A DNA stretch of 39,162 nucleotides from a virus (lineage: Duplodnaviria; Caudoviricetes): positions 1-39,162 of the IMG/VR virus record IMGVR_UViG_3300024232_000033; one strand, given 5' to 3'. Below the pieces are notes generated by a model. It ran no database searches and had not been told where the DNA came from. It saw nothing but the letters and a program-made list of their open reading frames with translations. The stretch's first letter is position 1; each line of letters starts with the position of its first letter. The translations under genes and the position numbers were made by a program. Below, one piece after another: positions 7,526 through 14,549 of the stretch.

Positions 7526-8332
7526 ATGCATGGAATCGGACTGAGTATGGAGATCCCGGTGGGATATCTCCGAAGGTGGACTTCGTGGACCGAGTTGGAC
7601 TTTGTGCTCGCGCATAAGGTTCTCGACGATACAAAGTATGCTTCGCACTACGCACGGCGCGCCGCGGGGCGCGAGCTCATCCTCGACAACAGCATGCATG
7701 AGCTCGGGTACCCGCTCCCGGTGAAGATGCTCCTGCAGGCAGCACGGAAGATCGATGCAGACTACACGATCGCGCCGGATCAGCTCAAGCAGCCAGAACG
7801 CAATCGCGAGTGGTTCGATCAGACCTACGAGATGTTCATGCCGTTGCAACGCAAGGTTGCAGTCGTCATGTGCGGGCGAGACTCGCGTGAACGCGTGCAC
7901 TTTCTCGAGTACGTGAGAAACGCCGACATGCTCTGTCTCCCGTTCCGAGAGGAGCGGCTCGCTTGGTTCCGAGAGCACGAAGTGCAGATTCGATCAAGGT
8001 GGACCCGCATTCACCTGCTCGGAGTGAATGAGATCGAGGAGCTCCGGCAGTTCGCACAGATTGCACTCGAGGCCCCCGAGATGACGTGGACTGTCGATAC
8101 AGCCAAGCCGATCAAGTGGGGCGTCGCACTTCGCGAGATGAAGACGCTCGATTCGCCCCGCGGTGCAAGCTTAAGCTCGAAGGACCTGCTGGACCTCCAG
8201 TACATTCGACCCTCCGCTCTGCACGTCTGCGACAACAACATCGCGTTCCTGCGAAGCATTTGCCAAGGAGAAAAGGTGCGCATTGACCAAGATTCCAACA
8301 GCGGTTTCGACCGCGGCGAAACCACAATCTAA
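7526..8332 (+). CDS. dpdA: TGT-fold transglycosylase, DpdA-like (7-deazaguanine DNA insertion enzyme)
   Basis: ILDNS, IAPD, IHLLG and TVDT motifs occur in the order and spacing of the catalytic and ligand Asp/His motifs of tRNA-guanine transglycosylase barrels. No C-terminal Zn site. Linked to queE and folE. GGAGGGAGG RBS. Confidence 0.75.
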   Translation: MHGIGLSMEIPVGYLRRWTSWTELDFVLAHKVLDDTKYASHYARRAAGRELILDNSMHELGYPLPVKMLLQAARKIDADYTIAPDQLKQPERNREWFDQTYEMFMPLQRKVAVVMCGRDSRERVHFLEYVRNADMLCLPFREERLAWFREHEVQIRSRWTRIHLLGVNEIEELRQFAQIALEAPEMTWTVDTAKPIKWGVALREMKTLDSPRGASLSSKDLLDLQYIRPSALHVCDNNIAFLRSICQGEKVRIDQDSNSGFDRGETTI

Positions 8333-9701
8333 CGCACAACGAATCAGCGCGCTCATGACTCGGCTTCAGCACCTCCCGCGCGCGGAGGCGACTGAGGAAC
8401 TCTTCCAGCAGATCTGCGCGTGGATTATGGAGCTACCCCCGGGCAAGCGGCCTGATGCTCTCTCGAGCGCAGTGGCGCAAGCCTTTGCCAAGAGCATCGA
8501 AGAAGTCGACCTTGTACTCCGCCAAATTGACAAACGGACGGAGTTCGATGCAATCGTTCCGAAGGCTGGGTGGATTCACGATTACATCGAATGGACACGA
8601 CAGACGGAACCTCCGTCCGTGTTTCACTTTTTCGTCGCGAGCACCGTGATCGGAGCAACGCTCGGGCGGAATGTCGTGTTTGACAAAGGCGCCTATCAGC
8701 TCTACCCGAATCAGTGCGTGATGATCATTGCACCGACAGGCATCTGCAGGAAGACCTCGGCTTGCAACCTCGGAACAGGTCTGTATGGGAAGGCTGGAGG
8801 CACGCTAGTTGGAGGAGACAAGCCTACGCCGGAGGCGCTTGTCGATTCGCTCAAAGAGCAGGCGAACGCAGTGGGGCTCATCTACGCACCTGAACTCGCA
8901 GTCTTCCTCGGGAAGCAGAAGTATCAGGAAGGGATGGTGCCGCTCCTCACAGCGCTCTTTGACTGTCCTTCGGAGTGGACGAGTAAGACGATTGGGCGAG
9001 GAGAAGTCTCACTTTCGAATGTGGCGCTGAGCGCCTTGTTCTGCTCAACGCTCGACTGGATTCAGACGGGAATTGCGAAAGACGCCTTCGGTGGCGGGTT
9101 TATGTCGCGCTTTCTCTTCGTCGTGCAGGAGAGCACGTCACGTTCCTTCCCTATGCCTCCGCCCCTCGACAAGGAAACACGCAAGAGCCTCATTTCACGA
9201 CTGACCAAGTTGAAGAACAAGAAGGGGACGTTCACCTTCGACAAGCACGCGGCAGCTTGGTATGATCACTGGTATCGGACGAGACCTGCGGCCCACGGGA
9301 ACAGGCAGTATGCAGGATACTTCGAGCGGAAACCCGATCACATAATCCGACAGGCGATGATCCTTCACGCGAGTGAGTTCCCTGATGACAAGAACCTGAT
9401 CCTGACGGAGGAGCTGATCGTACACGCAGAACGCATCCTCGCGTGGCTTGAAGTGTGGTTGCCAGACACCTTCGATGAGATGACCGCCAGCGGAGTGGGC
9501 GAAGATCAGAGCCGGATCCTTCGGCACCTGAAAGCAGCAGGCGGCGGGATGGAGCACAGCATGCTCCTGCGTAGGAACAGCAGCAGAATGAACGCAGAGC
9601 AATTCAAGCGCGCTATGGCGACACTCCGCGAGAGCAAGCTCGTCGAGTGGATCGCCAGCGAGCACACGTACTATCTTACCTCGGAAGGCTGGAGCCTATG
9701 A
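8283..9701 (+). CDS. DUF3987/YfjI-like P-loop ATPase (putative replicative helicase) with C-terminal winged helix
   Basis: TEPP..FH, degenerate Walker A APTGICRKTS, TPEAL, EL..FLG, GGGFMSRFLFV. Lies in the replication module. Confidence 0.75.
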   Translation: MTKIPTAVSTAAKPQSNAQRISALMTRLQHLPRAEATEELFQQICAWIMELPPGKRPDALSSAVAQAFAKSIEEVDLVLRQIDKRTEFDAIVPKAGWIHDYIEWTRQTEPPSVFHFFVASTVIGATLGRNVVFDKGAYQLYPNQCVMIIAPTGICRKTSACNLGTGLYGKAGGTLVGGDKPTPEALVDSLKEQANAVGLIYAPELAVFLGKQKYQEGMVPLLTALFDCPSEWTSKTIGRGEVSLSNVALSALFCSTLDWIQTGIAKDAFGGGFMSRFLFVVQESTSRSFPMPPPLDKETRKSLISRLTKLKNKKGTFTFDKHAAAWYDHWYRTRPAAHGNRQYAGYFERKPDHIIRQAMILHASEFPDDKNLILTEELIVHAERILAWLEVWLPDTFDEMTASGVGEDQSRILRHLKAAGGGMEHSMLLRRNSSRMNAEQFKRAMATLRESKLVEWIASEHTYYLTSEGWSL

Positions 9702-10078
9702 TCAAGTGGGAAGAGACAGCAGTGCAACTTGGGTACGCGAGCCCTGAAGCGATGTGGGAAGACTTCTACTGCAAGAAGCGGATCCCGATCTCCAAACTCG
9801 CCACGCAACTCGACGTGTCACGTAATGCGATCCGCGAGGCGCTAGAGCGGTATGGAGTGAAGATTCGAGGGCGTGGAGGTGCGAATAATACGAAGATCGA
9901 AGTCACCGACGAGCTCATCGAGCGGATTCGCAAGGCGGACGGAAGCATCGCAGTGATTGCGAAGGAACTGGGCGTCTCGTACACGACACTCTACAAACGG
10001 CTGTATCGCGTCAAGGGATTCAAGATGGAGGATATTCAACCGAAGCCTGCAGCTGACGCTGCAAAGGGCGAAGCCTAA
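9698..10078 (+). CDS. tandem helix-turn-helix DNA-binding protein
   Basis: ATGA overlap with the previous gene. Two HTH-like segments: ISKLATQLDVSRNAIREAL and IAVIAKELGVSYTTLYKRL. Confidence 0.8.
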   Translation: MIKWEETAVQLGYASPEAMWEDFYCKKRIPISKLATQLDVSRNAIREALERYGVKIRGRGGANNTKIEVTDELIERIRKADGSIAVIAKELGVSYTTLYKRLYRVKGFKMEDIQPKPAADAAKGEA

Positions 10079-10082
10079 CGAC

Positions 10083-10130
10083 GAGGCTCGGAAGGTCCTG
10101 GGGGAGCAGCAACCCCGTCTTCCGAGCCTC
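10083..10130. terminator. strong hairpin at the convergence of the two arms (putative bidirectional terminator)
   Basis: Perfect 12-bp inverted repeat GAGGCTCGGAAG (10083-10094) / CTTCCGAGCCTC (10119-10130) with an inner GGGG/CCCC stem. No U-tract on either side. Confidence 0.55.
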
Positions 10131-10175
10131 CCCGCCTAGCACTCCGGTTCTCGAGCACTAGGAAACAGCGGAACG

Positions 10176-10493
10176 CTAGGGCTGATCAGTCGGCGTCTCG
10201 GGATTGAGGGAGACCACCGTTGCATCACCCGCCTTCACTTCGATCTCGAGCGTTCCCATGATCTCAGTCGTCCCATCCCCGAGATCCGCATCGGCAGTGA
10301 CGTTCACCTGCGCGGTGCCAAGATTCCCCGCGACGACCTCCGCTCCCATGCCATCGGCATCCGGCGTGACTGTCAGTGTGTTGGGATCGCTCACAGTCCA
10401 TGCAGGGGTGCCTTGCACCTCCGCTGGATTCCCCTTCTTGTCCTGGAACTGCACTGTCACGCGGACTTGCTGTGTTGCTTTCAATACGAACAT
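10176..10493 (-). CDS. stand-alone Ig-like domain protein
   Basis: All-beta pattern with D..GNP, W.VSDP..L.V and GTAQV.VTAD, typical of Big/Ig-like domains. GAGGAG RBS. Confidence 0.65.
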   Translation of the reverse strand: MFVLKATQQVRVTVQFQDKKGNPAEVQGTPAWTVSDPNTLTVTPDADGMGAEVVAGNLGTAQVNVTADADLGDGTTEIMGTLEIEVKAGDATVVSLNPETPTDQP

Positions 10494-10502
10494 GTGCTCC
10501 TC

Positions 10503-10685
10503 CTAACGTTGTTCACGAACTGGTCCTACGGTGAATACAACCTTTGGCTTGAGTTCCATCTCCTCCTGAATCTCATCGAGCTTCTTCTCGATGCGAATGA
10601 GAGCGTTGCCCTGCTCGAGCAACGCAATCTCGAGCTCCGGGCATTCCACTTCGTAGATCGTTGCACCGTGCTTGACGTGGAACAT
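10503..10685 (-). CDS. small coiled-coil hypothetical protein
   Basis: 60 aa, preceded by AGGAGAAAGAG, tightly packed. Confidence 0.65.
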   Translation of the reverse strand: MFHVKHGATIYEVECPELEIALLEQGNALIRIEKKLDEIQEEMELKPKVVFTVGPVREQR

Positions 10686-10694
10686 CTCTTTCTC

Positions 10695-10973
10695 CTATCC
10701 GACGTTCGGTGGGAGGGGAGCAGTTCCACCTTTCCATGGCGGCAGGCCGTGGTCAGCTCTCCATCGATCGTCCGTTCCAATCCCTCCGCTCGCGTACGCG
10801 TCGAACTTCGCAATCTCCTCCGCGAACGGCTTGATATCTGTTCCGCTCCCGCGAATCGCTGCTACGATCGTAACTCCTGCCTGGAGCAGCGCACCGTACG
10901 TCGGTTCGAACTTCGCAATCGTCGCATTGACCTGCTGCAACGCGAGAAGGAGCTTTTGCACATCAACTGCCAT
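10695..10973 (-). CDS. hypothetical protein (lysis region)
   Basis: 92 aa; TAATG overlap with the upstream gene. Confidence 0.7.
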   Translation of the reverse strand: MAVDVQKLLLALQQVNATIAKFEPTYGALLQAGVTIVAAIRGSGTDIKPFAEEIAKFDAYASGGIGTDDRWRADHGLPPWKGGTAPLPPNVG

Positions 10974-11476
10974 TACATCCTCCCTGCGGCGATAGCCGCT
11001 TTGGTCTGGTTCACGAGATTCACGACGTTTGCAACCAGCTTCTGGCCTTCAGCCACGAGCTGTGCGGGAAGCGAGGTTGGATCGACGCCGAGCACTTGCA
11101 ACGCTGACAGCGCCGCGTTGATCTGAGAGACGAGATCAGTCTTTGCCGCGCCTGTTGCAGTGTCGTACGCTTTCAACAGGTCACTGAGCTTCTGCGCTTG
11201 ATCCAGTTTCGTGCGGATTGCGTCCATCTGGGGCTTCGCCTTCTCGACAGTCATCAGCGGTGTTGGGCCTTCTGTCGCCTTGACGAGCAATCCTTGATAC
11301 CCAGTGATCCCGGCGAGGATATCCGCTCCGTAATGCGCGATCGTCGCTTGAGGCGGTTGCGTTTGAACTGTCGCGCACCCAGGCGAGAACACGCAAAGCG
11401 TGAGGATTGCCAACCCGATCCCGAGTACTGCTGCTGTGATTGTCGGTGCGAATGTTCGAATATACCTACGCATCAT
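10973..11476 (-). CDS. putative lipoprotein (spanin-like candidate)
   Basis: Basic N-terminus, hydrophobic helix and lipobox-like SPG/C, followed by a helical domain. Lies in the lysis region. Confidence 0.6.
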   Translation of the reverse strand: MMRRYIRTFAPTITAAVLGIGLAILTLCVFSPGCATVQTQPPQATIAHYGADILAGITGYQGLLVKATEGPTPLMTVEKAKPQMDAIRTKLDQAQKLSDLLKAYDTATGAAKTDLVSQINAALSALQVLGVDPTSLPAQLVAEGQKLVANVVNLVNQTKAAIAAGRM

Positions 11477-11895
11477 TATTCTCCTTGTGCTTTTGCGGTT
11501 CCCTCTCCCGATGCACTGATCGCAGGACCTTGTGGCCCAGCTACCGGTGCGTTCTGTTTGTACGTGACTACCTCTGCCGGACGACGTGTCGCATCATACG
11601 CGAAGTTCTGCGTGATGTAGACGGTCGCCCAGTTCCACGCTGCATCGAGCAACGCTTGGTTCGACGGAATATCAATCGTGAGATGTCTCACGCCGTCAAC
11701 TCCCACTGCCCATGTATACGAGACTCCGATTGCCGTGACGAATGCGATCACTCCTGCAATGAGCTGGTGCACTCTCTTATCCGCCATCGGGAACTTCTGA
11801 ATCAGCGCCGAGTACCAGCTGAACTTTTTCAACCAGCGTTGGATGTACATAACGAAGATCCCTACGACGATCGACGTTTGTGTCTGCGGATTCAC
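11476..11895 (-). CDS. membrane protein, holin candidate
   Basis: 2-3 hydrophobic segments. AAGGAG RBS before GTG. Downstream of the endolysin. Confidence 0.55.
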   Translation of the reverse strand: MNPQTQTSIVVGIFVMYIQRWLKKFSWYSALIQKFPMADKRVHQLIAGVIAFVTAIGVSYTWAVGVDGVRHLTIDIPSNQALLDAAWNWATVYITQNFAYDATRRPAEVVTYKQNAPVAGPQGPAISASGEGTAKAQGE

Positions 11896-11929
11896 TCTGC
11901 TCTCCTTCTCGGGCTGGATGCCCGTGTGC

Positions 11930-13129
11930 TTATGAGATTGGTCCGTTCAATGCTCCGAAGTACGCCGTTGCATCTTGCATCGTTTCTGGGTCGAAGAGCT
12001 CACACCGCTCTCCGCGCATGCTGTGGAACACCGTTCCTACGTTTCCTACCCTGCATGCATTTCCAATCAACCCTGCATAGCGAGGATCGTGTCTTCCTCT
12101 CCACCCAAGCCTGTCTCCTTCTCCCTGAATGAGCCCTTTGTTGCTCTTGTAGTAGATGTTGTTGACGGCAGTGCTATCGAGAATCTGCCCTGTGTACGAA
12201 CTGCGTGTTGCGTGCAGGTCTCCGAGCGGTCCACCCATGTCCCGCTGTGGGATTGTGCCAGACGAGTACGCAGGATCATCCGTACTGTACGAAGTACCGC
12301 ACCACGGGCGATTGAATCCTCCGATCCTGAATCCAGGCGACACGCAGTTAAAGCTCTTACTCGCTGCTTCGTTCTGGAACTCCACGGCGAAGAGCTCATC
12401 TCGATCTTGAATGATGTTCTTCCACTGATCCCAGTGCGCGTTTTGCCAATCGGCGCTGCCGTTGATGAGCTGCACGTCGGGGAAGATCCCGAGGTAGCTC
12501 CAGAGCTTCCTCCTGCGGAGCTTATCGAGCACGCGCGGCGCCATGTTCCAGTACTCCGGGTAGTTCTGAGGCGAAAGCGCCTTCCACCCGAACTCATTCG
12601 CGGAGACATTCACGCACATCGTCCACCAGCGAATCATATTCGCGAAGAGCGGCGCAGCCTGCATCTGATCGAGGAACGGATCGATGCTGTCGAGCCCCTT
12701 CTCCAGTGCCCATTGCAAGAGCAGGAACCCATCTGTCCCTTTCATGAAGAACTCTCGCCCGTTCAGCTTGATCTGATTCCCTTGCAGCTCGATGCGACCG
12801 AAGTCGCTGCTCGGAGGATTCGGCCCAGGTCCAGGTCCAGGTCCTGGTGTTTCCTTCTTCGGAAGGAGAAAGCGGCCGGTCGTTCCATCCGTAGGTGGTG
12901 AGAGCTGACGCGAGACGGATCCGTATCCATCTGCATGGACCTCTACGTTGTACTTGCGTCCTGCGTCGACTGACGTCGACCAAAAACCATCGCTGTTCGT
13001 CGTTGCGTCTTCTGGTGCTGGGAAGTCTGGTTCGAAGACATCGATCTTCGCACCTTCAATCGGTGCACCCATGTCGTCGAGACTCGGTCCATCGCTGACC
13101 CAAATCTGCATCGAAACTTTGTTTGCCAT
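11930..13129 (-). CDS. carboxypeptidase-regulatory-like beta domain + (PG)n linker + GH5-like (clan GH-A) glycoside hydrolase domain
   Basis: Start MANKV follows AGGAG. N-terminal G.PIEGA.I...TTNSDG....G..Y.V.V.A.GY pattern; PGPGPGPGP linker; LNG..F...G, N.IR, acid/base-like EFQNE and a later GE motif. Confidence 0.6.
   Translation of the reverse strand: MANKVSMQIWVSDGPSLDDMGAPIEGAKIDVFEPDFPAPEDATTNSDGFWSTSVDAGRKYNVEVHADGYGSVSRQLSPPTDGTTGRFLLPKKETPGPGPGPGPNPPSSDFGRIELQGNQIKLNGREFFMKGTDGFLLLQWALEKGLDSIDPFLDQMQAAPLFANMIRWWTMCVNVSANEFGWKALSPQNYPEYWNMAPRVLDKLRRRKLWSYLGIFPDVQLINGSADWQNAHWDQWKNIIQDRDELFAVEFQNEAASKSFNCVSPGFRIGGFNRPWCGTSYSTDDPAYSSGTIPQRDMGGPLGDLHATRSSYTGQILDSTAVNNIYYKSNKGLIQGEGDRLGWRGRHDPRYAGLIGNACRVGNVGTVFHSMRGERCELFDPETMQDATAYFGALNGPIS
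12825..12848. repeat. CCAGGT tandem hexamer encoding the Pro-Gly linker
   Basis: CCAGGT x3 followed by CCTGGT. Confidence 0.85.
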
Positions 13130-13140
13130 CGCTGCTGCTC

Positions 13141-13644
13141 CTACGGTAGTTCGACGTGTGGACGATCGTGCGGAGAGGTCCACCGTCCTCCCCACTTCAA
13201 CCCAACCTGCTCTGCGAGTAAGCCGTACAAGGTCCAAGGATGTGCTTCAGCATAGGGATCCGCTCCAGCGAATGCAAGATCTACTGCGTGCCCGAACCCA
13301 TCTGAATCATGCGCTTGGTGATTGCTCTTCAGCACGACTCCATCGCAATTTGTCACTCGATCGCCTGGTGCCGTGCGTCCTTGCGCATAGAGCGCTTGCT
13401 GTCGCTCGGTGCTCCGGAGACCTTCTGTGACAAACATCGTGACGCCTACGGCACTCAGTGCCGTGAGCACCTGATCCACTTTCGTGATCAGTGCCGGTGC
13501 ACATCCTTTCAGGCGTGCCTGATCTCTCGCCGTGAGAACCATCTGCTCTGCTGCTCCTTCCTTCGGCTCCTGCACCTCTACAACGCGAAGCGTCGGTTTG
13601 AAGGGTGCGAGGAGGAACCTCCCGAGTCGCTGTGCAACTGTCAT
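13141..13644 (-). CDS. endolysin, M15 family L-Ala-D-Glu peptidase
   Basis: EGLRS.ERQ..LYAQGRT, SNH, G.AVD, WGG.W and D.PH.EL are the Zn-peptidase motifs. Confidence 0.92.
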   Translation of the reverse strand: MTVAQRLGRFLLAPFKPTLRVVEVQEPKEGAAEQMVLTARDQARLKGCAPALITKVDQVLTALSAVGVTMFVTEGLRSTERQQALYAQGRTAPGDRVTNCDGVVLKSNHQAHDSDGFGHAVDLAFAGADPYAEAHPWTLYGLLAEQVGLKWGGRWTSPHDRPHVELP

Positions 13645-14084
13645 TGCTGCTGTTGATAATGCTGATGCTTTCGATCGCTGATTCGACGGTTATTCGGTTC
13701 TTGCGCATCGTTCCAGTACTCACGAAGCCGCGCTCGTACGTAGCGATCCGTATAGCTCTTCACCGTGAGACAGATCGTGCCAACAATCTGCAAGATCCTA
13801 TTCACGAGCGCTGGAATCGGATGCAAGTTCCATACGACTGCAGGTAGTGGTGCAGCCAGTGACGTGATCGCAAACTCCAGGAAGATGAGATGTACAACGA
13901 GCCGAAGCGCCTCGTTGCTTATACTCGTTCGTACGATCAAAAGCCGCGGACCGTTCTTCCCACTCTCCCTCACTTCCTTCTGATCAATAAACGTATCATG
14001 CAGCTCGAGTGACCCTGCAAGTGTTCCGAACGCCGCGATCATAAAACGCAATATGTCGAGTACGAGTACCACTTTAATGAGCAT
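13641..14084 (-). CDS. multi-pass membrane protein (lysis region)
   Basis: ATG at 14084 follows GAAGGAG. About three hydrophobic segments. Confidence 0.65.
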   Translation of the reverse strand: MLIKVVLVLDILRFMIAAFGTLAGSLELHDTFIDQKEVRESGKNGPRLLIVRTSISNEALRLVVHLIFLEFAITSLAAPLPAVVWNLHPIPALVNRILQIVGTICLTVKSYTDRYVRARLREYWNDAQEPNNRRISDRKHQHYQQQQ

Positions 14085-14277
14085 CGCGAGGTCTCCTTCG
14101 TCGATCCACTTCCATCTCGATCCTTGCAAGCCTGGAGAGCTGGTCTCCGAGCTGCTGTCGAATACTATCTCGTTGGTCTTGCTCTTGCGCTACGTCCTCT
14201 TCTCGTTCGACGCGGTGCTCCTCTGTCTCTGCCGGTTCACGTGCGAAGATTCGCCGAACGGCATTCCATAGTTTCAC
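14074..14277 (-). CDS. small charged coiled-coil protein
   Basis: 67 aa; overlaps both neighbours. Confidence 0.65.
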   Translation of the reverse strand: MKLWNAVRRIFAREPAETEEHRVEREEDVAQEQDQRDSIRQQLGDQLSRLARIEMEVDRRRRPRDAH

Positions 14278-14549
14278 GGTTGCACCACTCTTTCAGCAAC
14301 ATTGGCTGCAATATCAACGACGCGCTTCGTCGTATGCACGCCTCCGATGGCAACGGATTTCCACTCATCTCGCTCTTGCTTGGCTTCTGCAACACGAAGT
14401 GCACATTGCTCATGCGCGTCAGCAAGCTGGTACCCCATCACCCACCACTTCTTGAAGAGGCCGAACACGAACAGCGCGAGCAGGAAGAAGCTCGGTGACG
14501 CATATGCGATCTGCAGGAAGTGGTCTGTAAGTCCTTGTGATGGAGGCAT
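14274..14549 (-). CDS. single-pass membrane protein with coiled coil (holin-like candidate)
   Basis: TM segment FFLLALFVFGLF followed by an ERDEWK coiled coil. First gene after the tail-tip gene. Confidence 0.65.
   Translation of the reverse strand: MPPSQGLTDHFLQIAYASPSFFLLALFVFGLFKKWWVMGYQLADAHEQCALRVAEAKQERDEWKSVAIGGVHTTKRVVDIAANVAERVVQP

Noticed and set aside
1333-8332. tRNA queuosine biosynthesis as auxiliary metabolism
   Set aside because: The TGT-fold protein lacks the Zn-binding C-terminal motif of tRNA TGTs and sits among replication genes. No queA, queG or tRNA genes were seen. DNA modification is the better-supported reading.
13130-13237. N-terminal extension of ORF 11930..13237
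   Set aside because: It overlaps the endolysin. The ATG at 13129 has a good AGGAG RBS. The same reasoning was used to trim the starts of several GT, chaperone and membrane genes.
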